DNA of 64,000 bases from an uncultured Bacteroidales bacterium (GTDB lineage Bacteria; Bacteroidota; Bacteroidia; Bacteroidales; FEN-979). Below the pieces are notes generated by a model. The model did not search any database and was not told the origin of the DNA. It was given only the letters and a program-made list of their open reading frames with translations. Location: positions 74,986-138,985 of the forward strand of contig CAIYUC010000066.1 in NCBI GenBank assembly GCA_903929315.1. Reading direction: 5' to 3'. Made by a program: the position numbers and the translations under genes. Numbering within the stretch: position 1 is the first letter of the stretch; every line of letters starts with the position of its first letter. Shown piece after piece: positions 40,284-50,619 of this stretch.

Positions 40284-41417
40284 ATGCCGGAACTTTCTGT
40301 TGTCCCGAACAATGGCTTTCTTTTACTTTTTATTTTATTTATTCTCACCTTCGTTTTTCTGAATCTTTATTATTGGGTCATCTTTTACAGGCTCGCAATT
40401 CATAAAGAAAAAGCGGAAAAAATAAACGAGCAAGGCGTATCGGTGGTCATTTGCGCCCGTGATGAATACTCCCGTCTGAAGGAGAACCTTCCCCTGATCC
40501 TTGAACAGAATTATTCGAATTATGAGGTCCTGGTAGTGAATCATGCTTCTGATGATGACAGTTCGTTTCTGCTTGCCAGGATGGCCGAACATTACCCGCA
40601 GCTCAAGATTATTGAGATAAAGGAAAATCTGAATTTTTTCACAGGAAAAAAATTTCCTCTTTCCATCGGGATCAAATCTGCAAAAAATGATATTATATTG
40701 CTTACAGATGCCGATTGCAAGCCTGCCGGGAAGAACTGGATATCGATGATGCAACAGTTTTGCGTCGATCCGGCTGAAATTGTCCTTGGATATGGTTCCT
40801 ACGAACATAAAAAAGGGCTGCTGAATAAACTCATCCGTTTCGATACGGCAATTATTGCTGTTCAATACCTCTCCTGCGCATTAGCAGGAATTCCATACAT
40901 GGGGGTTGGCAGGAATATCGAATACAGAAAATCTTTGTTTTATCAAACCAAGGGGTTTACCTCTCATTACCGGATTGACTCCGGAGATGACGATTTGTTC
41001 ATAAACAGTGTCGCAAACAATAAGAATACCAGGATTATCCTCGACCCGGAAAGCTTCACTTTTTCCGAACCAAAAACGAAATTCAATGACTGGATCCTTC
41101 AGAAGAAAAGGCATTTATCGACAGGTCGTTTTTACAGGGTGCAACACAAGGTATTGCTGGGGAGCTATGCACTCAGCCAATTCCTCTTTTACTTGTTTTT
41201 CGTCCTTTTACTTGTATTCAATCATGCGGTTCCACTGGTTCTGACGATATTTTTTGTGAAATTGTTCTGCCAGATGTTCGTTTTCGGGAAATGTATGGTA
41301 AGGCTTCAGGAAAAAAAGATCTGGATATATATTCCATTTTTTGAAATTTTTTTCCTACTTTTAAATACTTGGATTTCTGTTTCAAATTTATTTTCTAAAC
41401 CGAATAAATGGAAGTAA
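40284..41417 (+). CDS. Family-2 glycosyltransferase with membrane-spanning N- and C-termini
   Basis: VSVVICARDE, LLTDADC (DxD) and the GT-A pattern QKKRH. Confidence 0.85.
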   Translation: MPELSVVPNNGFLLLFILFILTFVFLNLYYWVIFYRLAIHKEKAEKINEQGVSVVICARDEYSRLKENLPLILEQNYSNYEVLVVNHASDDDSSFLLARMAEHYPQLKIIEIKENLNFFTGKKFPLSIGIKSAKNDIILLTDADCKPAGKNWISMMQQFCVDPAEIVLGYGSYEHKKGLLNKLIRFDTAIIAVQYLSCALAGIPYMGVGRNIEYRKSLFYQTKGFTSHYRIDSGDDDLFINSVANNKNTRIILDPESFTFSEPKTKFNDWILQKKRHLSTGRFYRVQHKVLLGSYALSQFLFYLFFVLLLVFNHAVPLVLTIFFVKLFCQMFVFGKCMVRLQEKKIWIYIPFFEIFFLLLNTWISVSNLFSKPNKWK

Positions 41418-42016
41418 CCGGACATCTGACACCTAAAGCCCAGCGCGATTATCTGCTTGTTCAACAGGCGGCAAACAGCGGTGACCGGAAGGCCTATACC
41501 GAGCTCCTTAATAATTACAGGGATTCACTTTACTTCCTGCTGTTAAAGATGACCAATAACCCGGTTGATGCCGAAGATCTTACCATTGAAGCCTTTGGAA
41601 AAGCGTTTAAAAACCTTGATCAATATTCACCGGAATATGCTTTCAGCACCTGGTTGTTCAAAATCGCAACAAATAATTGCATCGATTATATGCGAAAAAA
41701 CCGCCGGATGAATTTTACCAGTGGTATCGATAATGAAGGGAATGAAACAGATAATTATCCCGCCAATTTACCCTCCCAGACCCTTGATCCTGAGGAAAAG
41801 GTCATTGAAAAACAGAAGATAAAACTGATGCGGGAGATAGTGGAGAAATTAAAACCCCATTACAGGATGCTGATAGAAATGCGGTATTTCAAAGAGCTTT
41901 CTTACGAAGAAATCGCAACCCAGCTCGATTTACCTTTGGGTACAGTCAAAGCCCAACTTTTCAGGGCCCGTGAACTGCTTTACCATATCCTGAAAAATTC
42001 ACAGGAAAAAATTTAG
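41408..42016 (+). CDS. ECF-type sigma-70 family RNA polymerase sigma factor
   Basis: Region 2 (DAEDLTIEAF...FSTWLFKIATNNCIDYMRK) and region 4 (LSYEEIATQLDLPLGTVKAQLFRAR). There is a 10-nt overlap with the GT2 gene. Confidence 0.9.
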   Translation: MEVTGHLTPKAQRDYLLVQQAANSGDRKAYTELLNNYRDSLYFLLLKMTNNPVDAEDLTIEAFGKAFKNLDQYSPEYAFSTWLFKIATNNCIDYMRKNRRMNFTSGIDNEGNETDNYPANLPSQTLDPEEKVIEKQKIKLMREIVEKLKPHYRMLIEMRYFKELSYEEIATQLDLPLGTVKAQLFRARELLYHILKNSQEKI

Positions 42017-42055
42017 CGCACTATTTGCAACAATAATCATAGATACTTAATAAAT

Positions 42056-44062
42056 ATGGATAATACTGATTTTCAAAAACAGGTACTTCAGGGTATTCCT
42101 GGGGAACTTCCCGAACTCCTGCCATACGAGCCGGAGGTCAATCACGCGCCTGTTCGCAAGGATATTCTTACACCGGAAGAAAAAAAGCTTGCACTAAGGA
42201 ATGCATTACGGTATTTTGATAAAAGGCATCATGATGTTCTGGCCCCGGAGTTTGCAAAAGAGCTGAAAGATTACGGAAGGATCTATATGTACCGCTTCAG
42301 GCCGGGATATGAAATGTTTGCAAGAAAAATTCAGGAATATCCTTCCAACTCCGTCCAGGCAGCAGCCGTCATGCTGATGATTCAGAACAATCTTGATCCT
42401 GCAGTTGCGCAGCATCCCTATGAGCTGATCACCTATGGCGGGAATGGTGCTGTATTCCAGAACTGGGCACAATACCTGCTTACAATGAAATACCTGGCTG
42501 AAATGAACGATGACCAGACACTTGTCATCTATTCGGGTCATCCATTAGGGTTATTTCCATCGCATACGGATGCCCCCAGGGTTGTTGTCACAAACGGCAT
42601 GGTCATCCCGAATTATTCCCGTCCGGATGACTGGGAGCGGTTTAATGCCCTAGGTGTTTCACAATACGGTCAGATGACGGCCGGTTCCTATATGTACATT
42701 GGCCCGCAAGGGATCGTTCACGGGACTGCCATCACGGTCATGAATGCTGCCCGGAAGCAATCGCGGGCAGGGATAGAAGGAAAAGTTTTCGTTACATCCG
42801 GGCTTGGAGGAATGTCGGGCGCTCAGGGAAAGGCCGCGGTGATTGCCGGCGCCATAGGCGTGATTGCAGAGATCAACCCGAAAGCGGTCAAAAAACGATT
42901 TGAGCAAGGTTGGATCGATGAGGTTTATACCGGTCTCGATCCATTGCTCTCCCGCATCAGTGAGGCAAAGCAAAAGAAAGAACCAATCGCCCTTGCTTAC
43001 CAGGGAAACGTAGTTGACCTATGGGAAAAGCTGGCAGCGACAAACACTAAAATAGAGTTAGGCTCCGACCAGACCTCCCTGCATAACCCCTGGTCAGGCG
43101 GTTATTATCCGGCCGGACTTAGTTTTGAAGAATCCAATAGAATGATGGTCAAAGAGCCGGAAAAGTTCAAAGAGGAAGTCAGAAAATCACTAAAACGGCA
43201 AATCAACGCCATCAATAAAATAGCGGCCAATGGGATGTATTTCTGGGATTATGGAAATGCGTTCCTTCTGGAAGCCGGTCGTGCAGGCGCCGATGTAATC
43301 AGGAAGGATGGCAGTTTCATATATCCTTCCTATGTCGAGGATATCATAGGCCCGCTTTATTTTGATTACGGTTTCGGGCCATTCAGGTGGGTCTGCACTT
43401 CGGGTGATCCTGAAGATCTTCAGCGCACAGATCAGATCGCACTCAGGGTCCTTGAAAATCTTGCTGTGAATGCTCCATCCGTGATCAAAGTCCAGATGCA
43501 GGATAATATTCATTGGATAAAAGAAGCAGCAGACAATAACCTGGTAGTAGGTTCCCAGGCACGGATACTTTACGCAGATTGTGAAGGCCGTATCCACATC
43601 GCAGCTGCTTTCAATGATGCGATCAAATCGGGTACGATAAGTGCACCGATTGTCCTGGGCCGTGATCACCACGATGTTTCCGGAACCGATTCCCCTTACC
43701 GTGAAACTTCAAATATCTATGACGGTTCAAAATTCACGGCAGATATGGCCATTCAAAACGTGATCGGCGACAGTTTCCGGGGCGCTACCTGGGTATCTGT
43801 TCATAACGGAGGAGGAGTAGGCTGGGGTGAAGTTATCAATGGCGGTTTCGGTCTGCTTCTCGACGGTTCAGAAAAAGCTCATCGCCGGTTGCATTCGATG
43901 TTATACTGGGATGTGAATAATGGTATTGCCCGTCGCGCCTGGGCACGAAACAAGGAGGCCATCTTCGCTATAACAAGAGCGATGAAAACAGAACCAAAGC
44001 TGAAGGTTACGCTACCGAATTTTGTGGATGACGACCTCGTGGAAGTTGCATGTAAAGATTAA
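42056..44062 (+). CDS. hutU: Urocanate hydratase (long form)
   Basis: GLGGMSGAQ, YPSYVEDIIGPLYFDYGFGPFRWVC and GRDHHDVSGTDSPYRETSN. Confidence 0.95.
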   Translation: MDNTDFQKQVLQGIPGELPELLPYEPEVNHAPVRKDILTPEEKKLALRNALRYFDKRHHDVLAPEFAKELKDYGRIYMYRFRPGYEMFARKIQEYPSNSVQAAAVMLMIQNNLDPAVAQHPYELITYGGNGAVFQNWAQYLLTMKYLAEMNDDQTLVIYSGHPLGLFPSHTDAPRVVVTNGMVIPNYSRPDDWERFNALGVSQYGQMTAGSYMYIGPQGIVHGTAITVMNAARKQSRAGIEGKVFVTSGLGGMSGAQGKAAVIAGAIGVIAEINPKAVKKRFEQGWIDEVYTGLDPLLSRISEAKQKKEPIALAYQGNVVDLWEKLAATNTKIELGSDQTSLHNPWSGGYYPAGLSFEESNRMMVKEPEKFKEEVRKSLKRQINAINKIAANGMYFWDYGNAFLLEAGRAGADVIRKDGSFIYPSYVEDIIGPLYFDYGFGPFRWVCTSGDPEDLQRTDQIALRVLENLAVNAPSVIKVQMQDNIHWIKEAADNNLVVGSQARILYADCEGRIHIAAAFNDAIKSGTISAPIVLGRDHHDVSGTDSPYRETSNIYDGSKFTADMAIQNVIGDSFRGATWVSVHNGGGVGWGEVINGGFGLLLDGSEKAHRRLHSMLYWDVNNGIARRAWARNKEAIFAITRAMKTEPKLKVTLPNFVDDDLVEVACKD

Positions 44063-44138
44063 TATCTTAACTTTACTGCTTCTATACTATCCATAAACAC
44101 GTTATAAAGTTATCAAAAGATCTTATAATCTTTCTCCT

Positions 44139-46253
44139 ATGAAAAAATATTTCATTTTTATTTCTATCCTTGCACTTCTTATTGGAAATGGTTGCAAGCA
44201 AAAAATCACCGTGAAATACCCGGCAACAAAAAAGGTCGACACTGTCAATAATTATTTTGGAACGAAAATCGCAGATCCTTACCGCTGGTTGGAAAATGAC
44301 ACTTCCAAAGCCACTGCGGAATGGGTCAAAGCGGAAAACGCCGTCACCTTTGATTATCTTTCAAAGATCCCTTTCAGGGAAAAGATCCGCGAAAGGCTTA
44401 CGAAAATCTGGAACTACCCGAAATACGGCGTCCCTTTTAAAGAAGGGCCTTATTATTTCTTCTTTAAAAACAACGGTTTGCAGAATCAGTCGGTGCTTTA
44501 TTACCGAAAAGGGCTGGAAGACACTGCAAATGTCCTGTTGGATCCCAATAAACTCGCTACTGACGGCACCCTTGCCCTTACCTCGGTGAAAGTTTCCCAT
44601 GACGGGAAATACCTTGCTTTCAGCATTGCGAAAAGCGGTTCCGACTGGAATGAGATCTTCGTGATGGAGATTGAATCGGGGAAAATCCTGCCGGACAATT
44701 TAAAATGGGTCAAATTCTCGAGGATTTCCTGGAAAGGGGACGGGTTTTATTACAGCCGGTACCCGGAACCTGCACCGGATGAAGAGCTCGTGACTAAAAA
44801 CGAATTCCAGAAAGTCTATTTCCACAAAGTTGGTGACGACCAGAAGAATGATCTGTTGGTCTATGAAAACAAGAAATTCCCTTTACGCAACTTTAGCGCC
44901 TCGGTGACGGAAGACGAAAGATTCCTGCTGGTGTATGAATCCGAATCGACCAGTGGCAATGCTTTATTTTATAAAGACCTGAAGAAAAGCACCATGCCTT
45001 TCAAGCTTCTTGCGGAGGGATTTGAATTTGAATATAGCGTGGTCGATAATATTGAAGACAAGCTGCTTGTCGAAACCAACTACAAAGCTCCCAAAAAGAT
45101 GCTCGTATTGATGGATCCGGAAAACCCCGGTCCCGATCACTGGAAAACAATGATCCCGGAACGGGAAGATGTACTTGAATCGGTCGAAGTTGCACGCGAC
45201 AGGATTATTTCACTCTACATGCAGAATGCCATAAACAAGGCTTATGTTTACGATCTGAAGGGACAATTTCTCCAGGAATTAAATCTCCCCGGCCTGGGTA
45301 CGCTCAGCGGCTTCAGTGGTAAGAAGGGCGAAAATATTGCCTTTTACGGTTTTACAACCTTCCGTTTCCCGACTACTGTATTCAAATACGAAGTGTCAAC
45401 CAATCAATCAACTGTCTATACGCGGCCGGAGATCGATTTTGATCCCGATCAATACGAAGCAAAGCAGGTCACGTACAGCAGTAAAGACAAAACCAGCATA
45501 ACCATGTTCCTGGTCTATAAAAAAGGGTTGAAGCTCGATGGTCAAAATCCCACTTTATTATATGGTTATGGGGGGTTCAATATCAGCATGACGCCGAATT
45601 TCAGCATCAGCCGTACCTTGTTTCTAGCTAATGGCGGTGTTTATGCTGTCCCGAACCTGCGCGGGGGAGGAGAATATGGTGAAAGTTGGCATAAAGCCGG
45701 TACCAAGGAAAGAAAGCAAAATGTCTTTGATGATTTCATTGCTGCGGCTGAGTACCTGATCAGTGAAAAATACACATCTCCCGAACACCTCGCCATCCTT
45801 GGCGGTTCCAATGGTGGTTTACTGGTAGGCGCCTGCATGACCCAGCGGCCGGATCTTTTCAAAGTCTGCATTCCCCAGGTGGGCGTGATGGATATGCTCC
45901 GTTACCATAAGTTCACCATCGGCTGGGCATGGAAATCCGACTATGGATCAAGTGAGACGAAGGAAGGATTTGATTGGCTGATCAAATATTCTCCTTTACA
46001 TAACCTCAAAAAAGGAGTAAGCTATCCTGCCACGATGGCATTCACAGCCGATCATGATGACCGCGTGGTTCCCGCACATACATTTAAATTTATGGCCACC
46101 CTGCAGGAAGATAATGCCGGGCCGAATCCAATGATCGTCAGGATCGAGACCAAAGCAGGACATGGCGCCGGTACCCCTACCTCAAAACTGATCGAGGAAA
46201 CTACCGATCTCTGGTCATTTGTGTTCTATAACCTGGGGATGAAGGTGAAATAG
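44139..46253 (+). CDS. Prolyl oligopeptidase (S9A) lipoprotein
   Basis: DPYRWLE at the N-terminus; catalytic GGSNGGLL, DDRV and AGHG. Confidence 0.95.
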   Translation: MKKYFIFISILALLIGNGCKQKITVKYPATKKVDTVNNYFGTKIADPYRWLENDTSKATAEWVKAENAVTFDYLSKIPFREKIRERLTKIWNYPKYGVPFKEGPYYFFFKNNGLQNQSVLYYRKGLEDTANVLLDPNKLATDGTLALTSVKVSHDGKYLAFSIAKSGSDWNEIFVMEIESGKILPDNLKWVKFSRISWKGDGFYYSRYPEPAPDEELVTKNEFQKVYFHKVGDDQKNDLLVYENKKFPLRNFSASVTEDERFLLVYESESTSGNALFYKDLKKSTMPFKLLAEGFEFEYSVVDNIEDKLLVETNYKAPKKMLVLMDPENPGPDHWKTMIPEREDVLESVEVARDRIISLYMQNAINKAYVYDLKGQFLQELNLPGLGTLSGFSGKKGENIAFYGFTTFRFPTTVFKYEVSTNQSTVYTRPEIDFDPDQYEAKQVTYSSKDKTSITMFLVYKKGLKLDGQNPTLLYGYGGFNISMTPNFSISRTLFLANGGVYAVPNLRGGGEYGESWHKAGTKERKQNVFDDFIAAAEYLISEKYTSPEHLAILGGSNGGLLVGACMTQRPDLFKVCIPQVGVMDMLRYHKFTIGWAWKSDYGSSETKEGFDWLIKYSPLHNLKKGVSYPATMAFTADHDDRVVPAHTFKFMATLQEDNAGPNPMIVRIETKAGHGAGTPTSKLIEETTDLWSFVFYNLGMKVK

Positions 46254-46295
46254 ATGCCGGATGCCGGATGCCAGATGTCAGATGTCAGATACTTG
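46254..46295 (+). repeat. Heptad tandem array ATnCCnG (ATGCCGG x2, ATGCCAG, ATGTCAG x2, degenerate), starting on the base after the TAG stop
   Basis: The direct read is tag|atgccggatgccggatgccagatgtcagatgtcagatacttg. Confidence 0.9.
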
Positions 46296-46385
46296 AAGCT
46301 TGAGGCCCGAAGACTGAAACCTGAAAAAAAGTTATTAACAATCGTATTACCTTTCCAATAATACCCGATTAATGGGTAATCCCAG

Positions 46386-46970
46386 ATGATTATGATCTAT
46401 TCGGATGAAAATCTCCTGAAAGGACTCAGGGAACACAAAACGGATTGCATAAAGTTCATGTACAAGGATTATTTTCCCCTGGTAAAATCAATAGTTACCA
46501 AAAATTCCGGGAATTATCAGGATGTGGAAGATGTTTTCCAGGATGGATTGATCGTCCTCTACCAAAAGACAGATTCAGGATCCCTCTGTCTGAACTGCAC
46601 CCTGAAAACATTTTTCTACTCGGTCTGCTGGAATATATGGATGCAACGCCTGGACCGGAAGTGGAGATTGCTATACCAGGATGAAATCCTGAATGAACCT
46701 GCTGCCGAATACGAAAACAATGACAAAGATTATGATGAAGAGAAACTGGAAAAATTGAGGTTATACCACTTGCATTTTCTAAAGTTACCGGAGGAATGTC
46801 AGAAATTGCTTAATTATTTTGTAAATAAAACTCCTTTAAAAGTTATTGCCCGGATCATGGGCTTTAAAGATGAAAAATATGCAAAAACACGAAAATATAT
46901 GTGTAAGAATATGTTACGAAAGAGAATAATGAATGATCCAAGAAGCAAAAGTTTTGTTTTTTATGAATAA
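46386..46970 (+). CDS. Sigma-70 family (ECF-like) sigma factor
   Basis: Region 2-like DVEDVFQDGLIVLYQK and region 4-like CQKLLNYFVNKTPLKVIARIMGFKDEKYAKTRKYMCKNMLRKRI. Confidence 0.75.
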   Translation: MIMIYSDENLLKGLREHKTDCIKFMYKDYFPLVKSIVTKNSGNYQDVEDVFQDGLIVLYQKTDSGSLCLNCTLKTFFYSVCWNIWMQRLDRKWRLLYQDEILNEPAAEYENNDKDYDEEKLEKLRLYHLHFLKLPEECQKLLNYFVNKTPLKVIARIMGFKDEKYAKTRKYMCKNMLRKRIMNDPRSKSFVFYE

Positions 46971-47778
46971 AAATGAAAAAATATACGAATGGATTGACCG
47001 TTTCAATGATAATGAATTGAACGGAGAGGAATTAAAAGAGTTCCTGAAGCTTTTAAAAAATGAGCCAGCTCTCAGAGCTGAAGTAAGATTGGACAAAGAT
47101 CTCAATGAAATGTTGCAGGATGAGGGTCTTCTATCTTTAAGAAAAAAGATCATTGAATTAAGAAAAAACCGTGAAGATAGAGGGATAGGCGAGAAGATAG
47201 TTCTTCTTGCGGCATCCATATTGGTCATCCTGGTTTTATCTGTTATTCTTTATCTTGTCATTGGTTTGAAAACCGGGAATAATAAGATACTCCAAACAAA
47301 TAACAGCCCTGCCAACGGATTACCCATTAATAAAAATTCTTCTCCTGAATTGAATAACAGGAAAAACAATCCGGGAAAACAACAATTGATGAATGACACG
47401 CTGTCAAAGAACAGACCCGGGATTTCCAGTAATCAAAATCAATCTTTAATAGCTGCTAACTACAAACCATTTCCTCCATTTGAAAGCCTGATCGGAACCC
47501 ATATACGATCGGAGTATTTCAAATTGATTGAACCTTTTCCGGGTTCTCATTTTAAAAATAGCAGTACCATCCTTTTTTCCTGGGAAACAGATATTTCTCA
47601 TCCCCTTACTATGGTGATCATGGACAATCAGGGGCAACTCATTTTTGATTCGCATCCGGTTCATGATAAATCACTGAAAGTGCCTTCCGGACGGTTGAAA
47701 AATGGATTATTTTATTTTAAGATTCTAAAGGAAGATGAGATGGTGTTTTTTGGTAAATTTACCATTGAAATTAAGTAA
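46963..47778 (+). CDS. Single-pass membrane protein in the anti-sigma position
   Basis: I chose MNKNEKIYEWIDRF as the start, which overlaps the sigma gene by 8 nt. One TM helix (IVLLAASILVILVLSVILYLVIGL) is followed by an approximately 180-aa extracytoplasmic part. No known anti-sigma motif was seen. Confidence 0.6.
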   Translation: MNKNEKIYEWIDRFNDNELNGEELKEFLKLLKNEPALRAEVRLDKDLNEMLQDEGLLSLRKKIIELRKNREDRGIGEKIVLLAASILVILVLSVILYLVIGLKTGNNKILQTNNSPANGLPINKNSSPELNNRKNNPGKQQLMNDTLSKNRPGISSNQNQSLIAANYKPFPPFESLIGTHIRSEYFKLIEPFPGSHFKNSSTILFSWETDISHPLTMVIMDNQGQLIFDSHPVHDKSLKVPSGRLKNGLFYFKILKEDEMVFFGKFTIEIK

Positions 47779-47781
47779 TTA

Positions 47782-50619
47782 TTGAAAAAACCAGAAATCA
47801 TTTATTCATGGCTTAAAAATCTTCGGACCTGCTTTATTTACCTGGGTCTCATTTCAGGCAACTTCACGATTTTATATTCACAAAATCCTTTTGTTTTTGC
47901 TGGTGAAAACTGCTTCACTGAGGGTAAAAGATTATACCATAGAGGGGTATATGATAGTGCTGCAATAAAGCTCAAATGTTTTTTAGATCTTTCCCCTGAA
48001 CGAAAACTGCTTGTTGATCCATTGGCGAGTGGTATCAGGATTTCAAAACAAGAGGTGGAACAAATCCTGTCTGCCTGTTTAAAATTGTCGGTTTGTTTTA
48101 TAATCCTTAAAGATTTTGATAGCGGATTTATCTACCTGGATCAAGGGCTTGTAATTTTTAAACAGGCTGGCTTTCAGAATGAGAAGTTATTAACCGACTT
48201 CTATTTTCAGAAGGGCAACTGCTATTTTTTAAGGAAGGATTACAGCAATGCTATTCATTTTTACCAGCAAGCACTCTCTCACATGCCTATGGGGGATCCG
48301 TTAAAGGTATCGGTTTATATGAATTTGGGTGATATCTATTTTGTAAAGGAGGACGCTGATAATGCCATTGATCATTATAGAAAGGCATTGATACTTCTCA
48401 AAGCTTCAGCGAAAGGCAGCTTGGAAAAATCTGCTGATATTCTGGCTAATCTTGGTGCAGCATATTTTGAGAAAAACGATAATGAAAAAGCGATATTTTA
48501 TTTTTTAAAAGCCAAAAAAATTTATGAACTCAACCACACGAATGATACACTCAGCATTGGCAGACTCTTTGTGAACATAGGCAGCGTATATTTAAAACGC
48601 AATGTGATAAATAAATCTTTGAACTATTATAGGTCAGCAATCAGATATATAAGAACAAAGAATAAGTTTTATTCCCCGGAACTATTATTACTCTATAAAG
48701 ATTTTGCATCCGCATATTCGAAATCTGGCAGGGAAGATTCTTGTTTTTTTTATCTTTCTGCAGCGATGGATCTTTTGACACATCAGAAACAAGATGAAAA
48801 TGATGAAGCAGCCGATCTGTATCGGTTAATGGGCAATTGTTCCAAATCACAAAACCATTGGCAGGATGCTTTGAATTATTATAACAAGTCATTATCAACA
48901 TTGATCCCGGAATATAGGGATGGAGAAGAGAATTTCCGGAGGATATTGACTAACCCTGTCCGGTTGCTGGAATTCTGCAGGATATTAACTGATAGGGCAC
49001 AGGCAATCTACCAATACGGATCGGTTCATCCTGAAGAAGTTGATTTTATCAAACGATCTTTTTCGGATTATTTAACCTCCCTTAAACTGTTGAATGTGAT
49101 TTCAAAAGGTTTTGGACGCGAAGGCTCTAAACTGATCTTTAATGAGACTTCAAAAGAATTTTATTCAAGGGTTTTGAATATTGGGTTTCAGGACATGGAT
49201 GCCTTGGATGAACAGGAGAAGGAAAAGTTGTTCGGGCTTTCTGAAAAAAGTCGTACGAATGTTCTTTTGGAAACAATGAATGAAAAAACGGCAAAAAGAG
49301 TTTCCGGTATTCCTGAAATTTTGCTGAAAAAAGATAATGCAATACAGTATGAGCTCACTCGTTTAGGCAGTAAATATTTTTCCGACCCTCCACTGGTCGC
49401 CAAAGATGAGCAAAAAACATTATTGAATGAAGTAATGCGGATTTCAGACCTCTATCAGGAACATGATTCTCTGATTAAGGAGTTTGAATTGAACAACCCC
49501 AAATACTTTGATATGAAATACGGGGATTCCCATGTTTCATTAGCTGAAATCCGGCAGAAACTTGATCCGGATGAATCCCTGATCGAATATTTTACAGGCG
49601 ATTCCACTTTATTTATTTTTCTTGTTACAAGAGATTGTGTTATTGTGAAAAAAGTCAGGATTAATGATGACTTTCAAGCCAGTGTAAAAAAATACAATAA
49701 ACTCCTGGCAAGCGCTGATATTCAGGATTATTTCAGGATCAGTAAAATGCTATACCAGTTCTTACTTGCTCCTATCGGGAGCTACCTGAAGAATGACAAG
49801 AAATTGATCATTATTCCGGATGAAATTCTTGCATTGGTTCCTTTTGAAACGTTGGTCAGCGACACTTTCACAACCAGCGGGGTCACTAATAACCATTATC
49901 TTGTAAATGATTTCGAGATCTGTTATCACTATTCGGCGACATTATGGAGGAAAAGTTTTGATGCTGCCGGGGATTACCAACCGGGTGACAATAAGCATTT
50001 TAATTTCATAGGTTATTCACCCGGATTTCAGTTAAAGAATAATAACCTTCCCTATGCGGATGATGAGATCATAAAAGTAACCCGTATCCTGAAGGATCAT
50101 GGAGTGGAAGCGGTTTCAGTACTTCATGACCAGGCTACTGAAGAACATTTTAAAAGATATACCTCTTCCTATTCCTGGATCCATCTTGCTACACATAGTA
50201 AGGTTGACTTTAACTATCCTGAAAGATCCGGTTTGCTTTTTACCGAAGATCCCGGATCTAAAAAGGATCAAACCTCCGGGAACGATGTTTTATATCTGGA
50301 TGAGATATATAATTTAGGTCTGCATGCTGACCTGGTGGTATTAAGTGCGTGTGCCACGGGTACCGGGAAAATCATCAAATCGGAAGGCGCAATGGCTTTG
50401 ACCCGTGGTTTTCTTTATGCCGGAGCGTCAAACATACTGTATTCCCTTTGGAATATCACCGACAAGCATACACGGGACTTCATGATCGGCTTTTATTCTG
50501 AACTGGTTTCAGGGAAGAGCTATTCAGCGGCTCTCCGGGCCGAGAAGCTGAAGATGATCTCCCGGCCGGAAACTTCTCTTCCCACCATCTGGGCGCCGTA
50601 TGTGTTGATGGGGAGATGA
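47782..50619 (+). CDS. Exported TPR-repeat / CHAT-domain (caspase-like) protein
   Basis: Multiple TPR units (NAIHFYQQAL, AIDHYRKAL, KAIFYFLKA). The C-terminal CHAT domain has a catalytic-type His (WIHLATHSKVD) and Cys (LVVLSACATGTG). The start is a TTG per the track. Confidence 0.85.
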   Translation: MKKPEIIYSWLKNLRTCFIYLGLISGNFTILYSQNPFVFAGENCFTEGKRLYHRGVYDSAAIKLKCFLDLSPERKLLVDPLASGIRISKQEVEQILSACLKLSVCFIILKDFDSGFIYLDQGLVIFKQAGFQNEKLLTDFYFQKGNCYFLRKDYSNAIHFYQQALSHMPMGDPLKVSVYMNLGDIYFVKEDADNAIDHYRKALILLKASAKGSLEKSADILANLGAAYFEKNDNEKAIFYFLKAKKIYELNHTNDTLSIGRLFVNIGSVYLKRNVINKSLNYYRSAIRYIRTKNKFYSPELLLLYKDFASAYSKSGREDSCFFYLSAAMDLLTHQKQDENDEAADLYRLMGNCSKSQNHWQDALNYYNKSLSTLIPEYRDGEENFRRILTNPVRLLEFCRILTDRAQAIYQYGSVHPEEVDFIKRSFSDYLTSLKLLNVISKGFGREGSKLIFNETSKEFYSRVLNIGFQDMDALDEQEKEKLFGLSEKSRTNVLLETMNEKTAKRVSGIPEILLKKDNAIQYELTRLGSKYFSDPPLVAKDEQKTLLNEVMRISDLYQEHDSLIKEFELNNPKYFDMKYGDSHVSLAEIRQKLDPDESLIEYFTGDSTLFIFLVTRDCVIVKKVRINDDFQASVKKYNKLLASADIQDYFRISKMLYQFLLAPIGSYLKNDKKLIIIPDEILALVPFETLVSDTFTTSGVTNNHYLVNDFEICYHYSATLWRKSFDAAGDYQPGDNKHFNFIGYSPGFQLKNNNLPYADDEIIKVTRILKDHGVEAVSVLHDQATEEHFKRYTSSYSWIHLATHSKVDFNYPERSGLLFTEDPGSKKDQTSGNDVLYLDEIYNLGLHADLVVLSACATGTGKIIKSEGAMALTRGFLYAGASNILYSLWNITDKHTRDFMIGFYSELVSGKSYSAALRAEKLKMISRPETSLPTIWAPYVLMGR

